Of a DNA stretch of 64,000 nucleotides, positions 37,915 through 51,689 are shown piece after piece; the first letter of the stretch is position 1; each line of letters opens with the position of its first letter. The notes beneath the pieces are model-generated. The model had not been told where the DNA came from. It did not search any database and worked only from the letters and a program-made list of their open reading frames with translations. The DNA is taken from NCBI GenBank assembly GCA_951406725.2, contig OX597814.1:23808001-23872000 (forward strand). The letters run 5' to 3'. Position numbers and translations under genes: made by a program. The DNA is from Octopus vulgaris. Lineage: Eukaryota.

Positions 37915-38165
37915 GCCCGTGGGCATATGACGTAGTGGTTAAGAGAATGGGCTACTATTCCCAAGATTCCAAGTTCGATTCCAGGCAGTGACCTGAATAA
38001 TTAACGATAATAATAATAACATCGAAAAATGCTATAGGAATGAGAACCCAGGTTTGAAATTTCTCCAAGACACCTGATGAAGGCTGGAAAGTATATCAGC
38101 TGAAACGTTGTGTTAACAACAAACAAGATGAGGACAAATATCCGTGAAATGTAAATAATGTACAT
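37915..38165 (+). mobile_element. tRNA-headed element carrying a hammerhead ribozyme, flanked by (TA)n
   Basis: A box TGACGTAGTGG at 37928, B box GTTCGATTCC at 37973, hammerhead at 38070-38113. Confidence 0.75.
38070..38113 (+). ncRNA. Minimal type I hammerhead ribozyme
   Basis: acac-CTGATGA-a-ggctgg-aaagtata-tcagct-GAAA-cg-TT-gtgt. Palindromic ACGT stem III, GUU triplet. Confidence 0.85.
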
Positions 38166-38192
38166 ATATATATATATATGTAAATATATATA

Positions 38193-38235
<43 letters not shown>

Positions 38236-38469
38236 CCTCCCATCACACAACTACACCCACGCATATACAAGCATATGCATATCTATATAAATGAAGGGAA
38301 TGTGTACATGAAAGTTGCACATATGCACCAGATACTGTCTTACACTCATATACACGCACACACATATACATTTAAAATATATACATACATATACATATGC
38401 ACACACACGTACACATTCACACAATTAAAAAGGAAAAAGGAAAAGATATATATGTATAAAATAGATTAA

Positions 38470-39500
38470 ATTTAAAAATTAATGGAAGTTAAAACATATA
38501 GGAAAGCTTGTGCAGGAACATAGTAAAAATGTGAATTCTAGCTGTGATTTTGGGAGACCCAAAACCGTAATGGGTATTTTGCAACGTGTGGATATGATGC
38601 AAAAAGGTCAGTTCTTGAATTTAGACATGTAGTGGGGTTCAAGGAACTTTTCCAGATAAGTCATCTTTCCATATTACAAAGATCACACTTACCACTACTG
38701 TTGGTATAAGGTTTACACTTGGCTAAGATCTTCCAGTAAATCCTGAAGTTGACACCTTGTTCTTTTAAGAACCATATATAACTGGATAATTTGGTAGTTT
38801 TTCATTTATTCTATTGTCTGAAGCTTAAGGTGTGATTGTTGAATCTTGCTTTGAAATTTCCCTCTCTGAGACCCACATATCTCTTGGATGAAACTGTATT
38901 ACTAGCGTTCATAGAATTTACAGTGGCTTCATAAATAATGGCCTTAAGTCATACAAGCTCATTTTAGTGAGCACAAGTCAGCTTCATGTTGTTGTGTTGC
39001 ATTGTATGTAATTATGCTTTTAAAGTTTGGGGTGGAACAAAAACTAATTTTTACATTAAGCCTATTAAAGAGTTTTGTATATTTGTGATGTATTGGAAAA
39101 TGTCTATCTATAAGTGACAAGAAATATTTACCTATATTAAATGTCACTTTGGGGGAGTAAGAGGGTGTAAACCAGATAATATTCCTGTGTCTATGTTTTC
39201 TTTATTTCTGATCTAATAGTAGGGGTGTAAGCTATTTCCTCTTTAAATCCACTAGCTTTAAGAGCATTGTTATATAATGGGGTAGCATTATTAAATATGT
39301 TTATATTGGAGGAGAGGCTAGAAATTCTCCTACTTATATTCTTAACTAAATTGTTAACCACTATGTGGATGGTAACAGGAACCTACCTTAGTATAACTAA
39401 GTCTATCATTGGGCTTTCTATATGGTTTGTAAATATTCTTTTGTAAATATATACGTCAAGGAAATTGACAACTGTCAGGTTGGTATCTTTTGTTATGCTA
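38470..39500 (-). mobile_element. Penelope-like element remnant (RT C-terminus, linker, GIY-YIG endonuclease)
   Basis: Minus strand: VNFLDV..YKPYRKPND; ISRRISSLSSN..F..ATPLYNNALKASG; RNIIWFTPSYS; NIGKYFLSLIDRHFP..FNRLNVKISF; AIIYEATV..RYVGLREGNFKARFNNH; LSSYIWFLKE; CDLC. Contains stops. Confidence 0.9.
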
Positions 39501-40016
39501 AGATCGAATGTGTCCCTCTGTGTCTGCTGTCTTGACCCACTCTGTGTTCCTGCAGAGATAAAGACTTGTGCCTGCTAAATGGAGAGATTTTCTATGGCCA
39601 GACGTCCTTCCTGTCACCAAACCTCCTCTATTTCAAAGTAAGGCAATTTCCCCCCATTACTGCACATGTTTCCATGGAAGGTTGGACATGAACAACACTC
39701 CTTATGCAACTGTTGCATTCATTTATGGCCGTTACACAATGTCAAAACAAAGAGATACAAAATCACTCACCCACACATATATACATATATATAAATATAT
39801 ATACAGTGAGCTTCTTACACTCTCCATCTACCAAATCTATTCACAAGTCTTTGGTCAACTTGGAGCTATAGTAAAATACACCAGCCCAAGGTGGCAGGTA
39901 ATGTAATTGAACCTGAAACCATGTAGTTTAGAATCAAACATTTTAGCCACTTGTCCATGTCACAATGATATAAGTAAATTAAGTAAATATTTTGCACCAA
40001 TATATATATATATATA

Positions 40017-40235
40017 TATGAGAGGGTACTGAAAAGTTCCTAGCTTTAAGTGTATTGTGAGAGGCCTGGCTGGAGGGGCCCAACCTTCCAAGTTTTTTAC
40101 AGGGCTTAGAAAAACTGAAGGACTGCTGCAATATCTGTGAATTTAAGATGAGATAATGTTGAATAGAATCATAATTAACTGATCCTTCTATATTTTCTTT
40201 TACCCAATGCCAGGAACTTTTCAGCACGCCCTCAT
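40017..40235. mobile_element. Mariner-type MITE
   Basis: TIRs tatgagagggtactgaaaagttcct / aggaacttttcagcacgccctcata in a TA context. A second copy lies at 60977-61192 in the opposite orientation. Confidence 0.85.
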
Positions 40236-41329
40236 ATATATAGTATATATTGAGAGAGAACCTCCATCAATCAAGACTGACCATGTATCTGCACTTGTAT
40301 ATCCAAACCTAGGCAATATATTCTAAGAAAGGTTGGTTGTTTCCTATGTACGCAAGTCCAGCCCTCTCCTCAATACTAACCCCAAAGGTCATCAAATTGG
40401 GCCAATGCAAATGTTGTCATCAGAAGGTAAACAGCCAAGAAAGATACTTGCAAGACATCTTGCATGAACCTCCAATAGGTCTGCTAATCCACTGATTTAG
40501 ACTTGTTGTTTTTTATTGGCTGTTGAATGATGAAAGACAAAGTTGATGTTGGTGATGTTTAAAGAATATAGAAAGTCTGAACAAATATTCCAAGATATTC
40601 TATCCAACACTTTAATGATTCTGTCAAGTTTCCACCTTATATAGCACCACAGAAAACTAGAATTAAGTTAAGTACTAAAAGATGAGCAGACAAAGGAGTC
40701 TTTATGTCACCATTCAAATCAAACCCTGGCATCTTAAAAATAATAAAGTGCTGAATAAATATGCTTGAAAATGAGAAAGAGATATAGGAAAGCCATGAGT
40801 GGAACACTTTGATCATAAGTCTGCTCTATGAGGAGTGACCTAAGGCTCAACAACAACAACAATAAAAATTAAAATAATTGATGATGAGAAAGCATACATT
40901 ATTTTCTTTTTCCATCATTAATATCTTATTGATCTTGATTACCTCAAGTTTTAATACAATATAAAAATTTCCTGAATGCCATTTTCAGCAAAAGATTCAG
41001 TTTATTAATATTGAGCAATAAAATCTAAACAATTATTTTGACCAATAAACATAATATACTAGAATGCTGTTTTAATGTTAATTTCATTTAAAATGTTATT
41101 ACAGCCATTTAAACAATATAACAGTTAAACTATTTGTAATACTGTATAAAGTACCTTTAATAATAAAGCTGTGCAGTAAAGCAAAAATTGCAGAAACACT
41201 GTGACAACATGACTAGATTGTAGAGGAGTGTTTATTTTTATATCTTACTTAGTATTGGAATTGTGTTGACCATAGCTTTCCTGCAATTAAAAAGCTAGAT
41301 ATACAATTATATTTTACATTCGTGCATGA

Positions 41330-41606
41330 TTGTTACCTGTGTGGTCTTACTAGCACTTGTGCTGGTGACACGCCAAAAACATTTGAGTGAGGTCGTTGCC
41401 AGTGCTGCTGGACTGGCCCTCGTGCAGGTGGCACGTAAAAGCACCCACTACACTCTTGGAGTTGTTGGGTTAGGAAGGGCATCCAGCTGTAGAAACTCTG
41501 CCAGATCAGATTGGAGTCTGGTGCCGCCATCTGGTTCGCCAGACCTCAGTCAAATCGTCCAACCCATGCTAGCTTGGAAACGGACGTTAAATGATGATGA
41601 TGATGA
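41330..41606 (+). mobile_element. RTE 3' UTR/tail copy
   Basis: ggtggcacgtaaaagcacccactacactc...ccaacccatgctagc...gttaaa(tga)n. Confidence 0.85.
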
Positions 41607-43249
41607 ATTTGTGACTAAGAGCATTATTGATTAAAGGTTTTTAATAAGACAATCCTCAGTTTATTGTTTTTATGATTGCAAACTTGATGCAGAACAAATT
41701 TCACATCTGAAGAGCACTAGTTCCTTAGTTTATTCACCAACATAAGCAATAAAGCATACACATTAACACATATACGTACACATTTATAGCAGGTTTCCAC
41801 ACTAACCAAGGTACAACACAATGAGATCAAACCAGAAGCTAAGTGGATGTAAAGTAAACTGCTTAAACAATGAAGCTTGAACCCATGCCTGTTATTTTAA
41901 TATTTATTTCATATTGCTGTATGGATTAGGCAAGCGAGCTGCCAAAATTGATACAAAAAATGATGCAGCAGTTTCCGCAAGCATAAAACTGTTGCATAGC
42001 ATTTGGATTGTCTACTTTTGCCAAATAAACTGTTTGGCAGACCTTTGACCCCTGTTTCAAATTTAGAAATAATCAAACAAGAGAAAATGTTATTTCATCA
42101 CATGCAAAACTTAACAGCCTTTTATCTCTCTGACTGTAAGTTAATATTGAAAAATAAGAAAATATAGATTTATAGATTGTGCGTGTGTGTGTGTGTGTGA
42201 GTGTGTCTGTGTCTGTGTGTGAATGTGTGTCTATATATGTGTTTGCATGCACATGTGTTCCAACATGATATCGATTTTTTTTTTTTAGTTTGACATAAAG
42301 CCACAAAATTTTAGGCATGTAATCAATTGAATCAACTCCAGTACATATTTTATTGACTGGAGTGTTGGTGGTGGTGTGGATGAAATACAAGTGGTATTTT
42401 AAATCAGAAACATAATGGGATGTAACTAAATATCGCAAGACACTTAGTCTGCGTCTCTACCACCATTTCTGTAAAATATCGTAAAATATCGCAATAAAAA
42501 TAAATTTTAGTGCATGTTTTGAAATATCAATGTATATCATAAAAAAAATTGAATCTGCCTGATTTTAAGGGTGATCCTTCATATGGTTGTAAAGTCAAAG
42601 GAAAATACAAACAGGAACCAGAAGACTGGAATACAACACAAACGCAAACATCATTAAATATTCTAAGGAGACAAACCATAATCATTCAAATATGTATATT
42701 TAATAATGTTTCGCATTTTTTAGTATAAAATATGTAAAATTTCATACTTAAAATATACCAGTAGAATCTAAGAAAAGAGTGTTGTTCTGTTTTATCAAGA
42801 ACGTTATTCAAATATTTTAAACAGTATGTTAAGTTTTAAACATTAGGGTGAAGTCTAATGTTTTGAATAGAACCATTTGTCAGAATGCAATGAAATGTCA
42901 ATTGATATTGGAGGATAAATAAATTTGAATTTGTGAGAGAAAGAAGGGAAAATATTATAACAGTGAAGAATAAGGCAGAAGAATTGAGAGCTAGCATGTA
43001 AATGAAAGAGCAATTTGTCAGAGAGGAAAGAAAATAAAAGGAACAACACAAATAAAATAAAAAATGTTCAAAGTAGGGAAGGAAATGACAACAGAGAAAC
43101 AATTTAAAGACATACCTATTAAGTATAACACCTCTTTCTATAAAAACACAATTCTTCCTCACCTTTTCTTCCATAAAATTTATCCCCTGTTTGAATTATT
43201 TGGTTCTTACATGTGAACATGATTAACCACTTGACAGCACCTTCTCTAA

Positions 43250-44400
43250 CCTAATATACTCCATAGCTTGCAAGATCTGCAGCACACTAACTAAACTTAG
43301 ACAATCTGTCACCATTTTGAGAAACAGGTTCTCTAAGTATTTGCTGGATATTTCCAATACCCAGTGAGTCTTCAACCAGTGGCATCACACTTCAGCACTT
43401 CTGTTCACTCTCAGTCTGTGGTGTCCTGCAATAATTTGGTTCTTCCAAAACTCACAAAGATAAAAAAGAATTGCCCTACTTTCAATTTGAATACCTTTGC
43501 TCCAAAATGTCTTAATACATGTTTCATCTTCCTCTGATTCTGTTTTCATCCCTTCCACACATGAAAACTATTTCTGTTCGTTATGGCCTGTATTTGTTTA
43601 TATTGTTTTGTATATATAGCTTTATACATCTATGAGTATATACATATCTCAGTCATGTTTGTTAAGTGCAGTTTGTGTCATATAACACAGTTTATATAGT
43701 TGGGGTTTTTATTTGCTGTTCTTTGTTCATTGTTGCTCTCTATCCCTCTTCCTCAACTCTCATCATAGTTTACTATACTTTTCAGTCATAATTTCTCAGT
43801 AGTTTTGTCTCTGTAATTTTGACTATTCTTATGATTCTTACATTCTTTTTTTTTTCCCCTTTCATCATAGCCATTTAATTTCTTCTTTGCTTACTCATTC
43901 TCTTTTGTTCCCCAGTCTCTCACCTTGTTTATTGTGTACATATCTGTGTTATGTATATGACCTTTCGTTCATAGTCTTCTTTCCTTTGCTTTATCACTTA
44001 TCTCCAAATTCACCTTACCTGACCCTTCTCTCTTCATTCCTACATCAACTGACCTGGATCTTGATACAAACTTTGATGACTTTTTCTTTACACTTTATTC
44101 CTACTAACATTATATAGCTCTCACATTACTCATACATTTCCCACAATATTCACACCTCACACTGTCTTTTTCCTCCCTTATCTCCCCATATCTGCCCTAC
44201 CAAATCACTACTTTCTTTCAGGCACTCAACTGCAATTTTACAACCATGATAATATGACCTCTACAGTGTTTTTCCTTGAAGAAGAGCATGTCATTAAAGC
44301 GAGCCAATTTTTTTACTCCTCACGAGAAATCAATTGAAATCTGTTTCCCTTCTATGTACTTTTATTTGATTCTTTGTCCATTTTTCTCTGTGATTTTATG
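43250..44400 (+). mobile_element. Old Penelope-like remnant (GIY-YIG C-terminus + pyrimidine-rich tail)
   Basis: Degenerate translation LRNRFSKYLLDI...VASHFSTS.HS...KE...FNLNTFAP..LN resembles the PLE pattern R..EH..DI..VA.HF..HS..LNT..P.GLN. A broken ttgaagaagagc lies near 44277. Confidence 0.5.
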
Positions 44401-45388
44401 AAAGACCAGGAAATCTTTTAGTATCCTGTTGCTTGTTCAAATGTAGCAACCAAATCTCTCTCATACTGATCCAAAACAATGAAGGGCATGTTGAACCCTA
44501 AATACATGGCCATTCAAACAGAATGGATGGTCATATGTGGAATGCATTTTATTATAGGTTTGTTCAATAAGTTAACTTGAGCATAAATAACAACCTGTGT
44601 CTAGAAACAATGATCCCGAATATATCTGTTTCATCAAATTGAAGTTATCCATATTGACAAAATAATCCAGTGAAAATTATTGGGTATTTTAATGTTGTAT
44701 ATCAGTGTTGTGTTACAAAACAGTAGCATGGTAATGTAATATTTTACTTAACCTGCCTTTTAATCTGTTAACTGAAGTAAATGCCAGCTTAGCACAGGTA
44801 TAAGCTGCCAAATGCAGAGTAGAGATTCCTGTGTGGTCAGTGAAACCAAATCAGTCAGAGGAGGAGAAATATGTAGAAATGAAAAGGTGGTATGGTGGCA
44901 GTTTACGATGTGACCTTTACTTCCCACCCATCTGAAAGTATGAACACATGAATTATTAAACATGTACATTTTTACTTTCATCTCCCTTTCTTCTAATGAA
45001 TAACAGATCTAATCGCCTACTGTTGGTTGTCAAATGGACTTGTGCAGAGCAGACAATTATCTTCCACTAGCAATATAAACACAAGTGCTTATATGCACCA
45101 CAAGTCCATATGAGAAGTTCTTTTAGGGTAAATTATGCAGTATTTTGTGTTCTAACACAACATCCACTTTTAAGTGGGGAGAAATACCTTTTGGTATTAA
45201 TACTTTTTTCTGTTGCTATTTATTTTATAAATATAGGAGTGGCTGTGTGGTAAGAAGCTTACTTCCCAACCCCTTGGTTCCAGGTTCAGTCCCACTGCAT
45301 GACACCTTGGGTAAATGTTTTCTACCATAGCCATGAGCTGACCAAAGCCTTGTGAGAGGATTTGGTAGACAGAAACTGAAAGAAGCCT

Positions 45389-46063
45389 GACTGAGACCTT
45401 TGGAGATATGCTGTGATTGAGAAGACCTGGCAAGTAAAGTGAGATCGCAGCCATGGCTCATGCCAGTGTTGCATGACCGGCCCATTTAAACATACCCTTG
45501 AAGCATTTGGTGATACAATGTGCTTAAGAAGACCTGTTGAGTCAAGTGAAATCAAAATCATAGTCGTGGTCAGTGCCACCTGACTGGTACCCATGTTGGT
45601 GGCATGTAATAAGCACCATTTGAGCATGGGTCGATGCTAGTGCTGCCTGACTGATTCCCCGTGCCAGTGGAACGTAAAAAGCACCATGTGAACAGGGTCG
45701 ATGCTAGTGCCCTCTGACTGGAGCCTGTGTTGGTAGTATGTAAAAAGTACCATCTGAATGTGGTTGATGTCAGTGCCCCCTGACTGGCACATAAAAAGCA
45801 CCATCCAAATATGGTCAATGTTGGTGCCATCTGGCTGGCTCCTGTGCTGGTAGCATATAAAAAGCATCATCCAAACATGGTCGATGCCAGTGTCCCCTGA
45901 CTGGCTCCTGTGTCAGCGGCATGTAAAAAGCACCCACTGTGCTCTTGGAGTGGTTGGCGTTAGGAAGGACATCCAGCTATAGAAACATTGCCAGATCAGA
46001 TTGGAGTCTGGTGCAGCCTATTAGTTTGCCAGACCTCAGTCAAACCGTCTGACCCATGCCAGC
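45389..46063 (+). mobile_element. RTE 3' end with six hairpin-repeat units, between two SINE pieces
   Basis: RDLWRYAVIEKT matches the LINE C-terminus. Repeat units near 45593, 45661, 45727, 45786, 45845 and 45911. Confidence 0.85.
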
Positions 46064-46922
46064 ATTCTTTTACTTGTCATTTGACTGTGACCATGCTAGA
46101 GCACCGCCTTTAGTCAAACAAGTCGACCCCAGGACATTCTTTGTAAGCCTGGTACTTATTCTATCAGTCATTTTTGCTGAACCACTAAGTTACAGGGACG
46201 TAAACACACCAACATCAGGTGTCAAGCGATGGTGGGGTGACAAACACAGACACACATACAAATACACACACACACACACACATACGTACAACAGGCTTCT
46301 TTCAGTTTCCACCTACCAAATCCACTTACAAGGCTTTGGTCGGCCTGAGTCTAAGCTTCTTACCACACAACCACTCCTGTGCCTGTTTTCATAACATGAT
46401 AATTGTATTTAAGAACTGATTTTTCACCAAGTTAAATTTATTTAAAAAGATGTAAGTAATTAAATGACAAATGACTTTAGCTAAGAATTCATGAATACCT
46501 GAAATGTGTTTACAAGTTGTAATTTCAGATAATGAAAAAAGGAAAAGTGATTGTACCTCAAACTGTCTTCACTTTTGATTAGAACATTACTGTATTACAA
46601 ATAACTTGGACAGATGAGACATAGGTGCATAAATGCAAGGCAATATAATTACTAAAATCTCCCCAAGGTTTTATCATAGATGTTTTCTCAACATCCTATA
46701 GCATGAAAAGCATTCATTTGGTGTTATTGGAAAAGCTAACATTAATTGAAACCAAGAATTTTTATTATTTATTTATTTATTTATTTGTCTATTTATTTAT
46801 TTATTTATTGTTTTGTCAAGCAACATAAAATATATAAACTCAAAACTTTGCTCCTTGTCTATCTTTAGTAACAGGAAAAATCATTTATTTCATAATGGTT
46901 AGCACCTGTATGTCTTGCAATG

Positions 46923-47376
46923 CAGTACTGGATTAACCCATTCAGCAAAATAAGCACATGCTTAAGGCATCAAGGGACAGGGGCACTACAGAAATGAAAA
47001 TGGTTTACGGCTTGAAATAAATTATTTTAAACTTTCTAGAATAATTTTCTTAAGGCCTTATCTCTACTAAGTATAGAAGCAGAAGTTTTATGTAAAACTA
47101 TTTTTAACGACATCACCGAACGCTTTGCAATTAAAAAAAAAAAACGAAGGAGAAAACTTTCCAAGTATAAGTAAAATAGAAGCATACAAAAATTAACATT
47201 ATTTCTCGTCTTACAGTAAATTTTGTTTCATTTTGAAAAATTAAAATTTCTTTTATGGTTTATTATCATTTACATTTTGAATTATTTTTGTTTACAGTTT
47301 CAACCATTTATATATACTTGAGGACACCAAAACCTTTTAAGTGCTTAGGGCCACCATGGGTCTTAATCCAGCCCTG
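46923..47376. mobile_element. hAT-type non-autonomous element
   Basis: TIRs cagtactggattaa / ttaatccagccctg. Exact 8-bp TSD ttgcaatg at 46915-46922 and 47377-47384. Confidence 0.85.
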
Positions 47377-48239
47377 TTGCAATGTCTTCTCCATATTCAT
47401 TCCAGAAAACAATCTGTTGAGCCTATGAAAATACTGCTGTTAACAATCAAATTAGAAAAACCCAGTCTTATAAATAGTAGTAAATACTTTCAATTTCAAC
47501 AGAATACAAATAAAATGTGTGATTTTGGAGTGTCACAGCTTGTTTCCAGTTAAGAAAAATATTTCCACCTTTTTGGGAGGATTTTCATCAGTAATTTATT
47601 AGCTTTTACTTTTGCTGGTGTTGTCCTTGACTTAAAGCTTTCAGTTTGTCAATGTCCATAATGATAAATTATTTATTTGTTAGCTTCACAAGCTGAAATG
47701 TTAATTCTTTTAATAATCTTGATATTGGAATGTTACTTACATGTATACATTTATCTCAAGTTTTGAATGAAACTAAAACTTATTATAACTATAAAAAGTT
47801 TTTAGATAACCTTTTTATAACATATTTCAGTGAATTCTTTTCAGTCCATAGCATTTCATAAGTAGTAAGTGGAAAAATGCAAGAAGTAATTCATTGATTT
47901 AAATTTTTTCTTATCAAAAGCAGATACTAGGAAGCTCAAAATAACATATTGTAGGTGTCATAATCTGTTTAATCATGAGGTTAGTTTTATGTTACGTGAG
48001 CAGTAAGAAGCATAAGGTCTAAATTGAAATAGACCATTATTTCAACTCAGGAAGTTTTTAGGCAGGAACATCAGGCTTTTAGCATTGCTTTAAAAAAATG
48101 TTTAGTTAAGAGTTACATCAGTGATTAGATTAAAAGAAAAACAACAGATGACCCCCACCAAAATAATTTACTGTATTTTCATCCCCACTCTTCTGTATTC
48201 CTGCTCATTTTATCAAAAGCAGTCGTTACTGCTTATATT

Positions 48240-48875
48240 TGTCATCCTATGTGCTACTGATCTCATTCCAGGCATTATGCATCTCTAGCATGCTGCCCAC
48301 ATTCCACATCATATGCTGCCACCTATCACCTCAATCCCATTTCCTTCACCCTATTCCTACATTCATCTCGGTCCCCATCTCTATCCCTCCACCATCCTCC
48401 TTTCACACTCTCAGTCTTACCTATCCATTCACTTTGTCTAATTTTCTGAAAGTTGTTCTCTCATGTTCACCTTCCTATAACTTTAGGGTACATCTTAACA
48501 TTTCTTCCCCATCATTTCCTTTTCTAACTAGAGTAACTTTGTATCTCCTTTACTGCAAGACACTGGATCCTATCTTCCATCATACTTTAATCTCTCATCA
48601 TCTGGCATAGAGTCACCTCCCTCAACATTAAATACCCTTAGTTCAGGGGGACATATAGTGCAAGTTACTCCCTCATGCTTGTACTATGTAAAAGGCATCC
48701 CTTACACTTTGTGAAGTGGTTAGCATTAGAAAGGGCATCTGGCCATAGAAACCATTGTCAAAGCTGTGATTGGTGCTTGGGACAGACCTCTGGTGCATTG
48801 GCTCATGTCAAACCATCCAGCTCATGTCAGCATGGAAAAATGGATGTTAAACGGTGATGATGATGATGATGATGA
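48240..48875 (+). mobile_element. RTE-type 3' UTR/tail fragment
   Basis: Same family as 2046-2760; (GAT)n tail. Confidence 0.7.
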
Positions 48876-51603
48876 AGGTGCTTCTTGCAGCCCATATTAA
48901 TTAAAATAATTTTACATACCTCAAAATAGATGAGAAATTAAAAATCAGGATTAAGAAAGAGGTTAAAGAATCTATAGAATTTAATTCAATGTTTTAATAT
49001 GCAAATTTGTTATAAAAAAATCACTTTCCCTCTGAAAGTCCACCAAGTCAAACTTGGGTTATTTATTTTTCTGATACTGCTTCATGGTATTAAGTTCGTC
49101 AAAGGCAGTAAGCTGAGACAGTTTTCTAAGATGAGAAGGGAGATTTATTAAGATAATTATTTTGGTATAAGAAGAGGAAAATCATATATTCAACCTTCAT
49201 AGAGATAGAGTTTATGAAATACAGAGTTAGAGTTAGATATCAATAAGAAAAATATGAACAACATTAAATTAAAGATTAAAGGTTCAAATTTATAAGTAAA
49301 TAAAGAATAGGTTTTAATGTAGGATAAGAGTAAAGTAATTTATTATAGTAGATTAGAATATAGCAAATTTCTGCATTGTTTTAAAAGATTTTTAGCATTT
49401 TGCATTACTGAAGACATGTAATTTATTTTTTATTAAATATAATAATATATATTATATTTACATGCTTTATGTTACAAAACAATTTGGTATGGTATTTGAA
49501 TTTTCTTATTGTTAAATAAATTTTCATCATACTATTGCACTGTTATTCATTTATAACTTTGTACTACACACATTATCGTTTTCTCTTGTATCATACTATA
49601 TCTTCTATATATATATATATCTTATATATATATATTTGACTTTGTGTATAATGTCTGACAGAAGCAAGTATGTTTTATATCATAGCTCTGTAAACAAGTA
49701 AATCTTCTGGTGAGATGCACACTTTTCTATATATTGCTTAGATAAAAGTAAATATACAGAAAGAAGGAAAATCAACAAAGAAATGTGTTTGTGTCATGAA
49801 GAATAAATTTCTAAGTATTGTGATTATTATAAAACGTATATTAAAACCATACAGTAAAACATTAAATATCTTTAATGGGATTCATGTCGCCATCTTTTAA
49901 TCTTTTTGTTATATGCTGAATTAATATTTTCAGTCAAGTTTATCAAATTCCTTCATATTCTTTGTAAAGCTTTCTCCAGTACTTTCCAATTAATAATCCA
50001 TTTATATTTACGGAAAATTACACGGAAATCTTTCCTACTAATCTGAATGGAGCAGCTTGAGTGCTGTTGCTGTCATCATGTGATAAATGTTTGTGCATTT
50101 TGATTTAATTTTCTTCCATATGACTAAAGTTCTTTTTTAACATTTATGTTCTTTTAGGGGCTGGGAAGTGTTGTAAGGTTAAATAGAACTTCTTACACTT
50201 AACAGTTCAGAAAAAGAATTTTTCGAATACTTCCCAGTCCAATTTATAGGCACTAAAAATATGTTTCCTGTATATAAAATTTCAACAAAACTATGGATTT
50301 CTAACCATGACCATCTCATCTTTCGTTTTAAGTATTATTTTTGTTTTTCAAGGTATAACAGTGATCCATCCACTCCTATGATTCTGTTTTTTAAGAATTC
50401 CTTTGGATTCTTCTTTTCGGGAATGGAGATTACGATTTTAAAACAAAAATGAATTAATAAATAAAGGAATAAAGCTTACAGATTTTTTTGTTTTTAACTT
50501 TCCTTGGAAATATTTTGGTGAGTTACATGCTTCACTAAATTATGATTAGGATTTCAAGAAAAAGAATTTTTTGCAAAATTCCGATTTTTCTAATCACAAT
50601 TCAAATCCTGGCTTTTGGAAAACCTACACCTACCCAATACTAATCTTCAAGAAATATGTAGACTCATCTTTTTTTTGCATATTCAACATGGATGCATGCC
50701 AAACAATACTGAGCTTATGACATTTGGGGGCTAAAATCAAGGGAAAGCAGCTTCAGTGTAATTGCTTGACCTCTGAAAAATAAGAGCTAAACTTCTCTCA
50801 AATGACCCAGCTTTCACATTATATGGACAGACTGGATAAAATAATCCTTGATATTCTAAAATATGGCGATTACAAAGTTTAAAAATCAATTGTTTTCATT
50901 GCTTTTGGAATAGTGCTGTCCACACAACTGCAATAAGGAATATATTAATGCGATTGTTAACACTTGATATGAATGTTAGTTGGTTGGTTGGTTGACTTGT
51001 TGATTAGCTGGTGACAGTTATGCTATACATTATAGAGAGAGGAGAAGGGAGATTGAAAGGGGGTTAATATAAGGGGTACAGGATGAGCACAAATGCTAGG
51101 CTTCGTGGCAGACAATGAGTAAATGAATACTTCACACAGTGAGTGAGAAAGTAACATAGACAGAAGAGAAAGACAAGCTAGAATATGTATGTGCATGCAC
51201 TTGTGTGTGTGTGATGTGTCTGTGTGTGGAGAGAGAAAAGAGGGAGGAAGAAGGAAAACTTTCATAGAACATTATTTTATTTTATTTTAAAGTAATAAAC
51301 ATTTTTCTTTCAAAAACTGGTATTAATCTCATAAGCACTAAAAAATTTGATAACAATTAAATTATAATTTTTGCCTGTATTTTATATTTCCTGATATTAC
51401 TCATAGTGTCAAGAGTATTCTTCCAAAGTTACCTGTTGTGCGATGGGTAACACTTTAGTGCAAATCATAAATTGTATTAAATTTTGTTCAATACATATAC
51501 ATTGCCTATTATTTTATAAAAAAGATAAATAATATTCAGATTTATTGAAACATAGGTATGTATTCACAAGAGAAAAGAAAGCTATACAAATAGGAAATAT
51601 ATA

Positions 51604-51661
<58 letters not shown>

Positions 51662-51689
51662 CATACGTGTGTGTGTGTGTGTTTGCATG

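Noticed and set aside
44270-44345. ttgaagaagagc as a hammerhead core
   Set aside because: No matching stem II or GAAA arrangement. At most a heavily decayed remnant.
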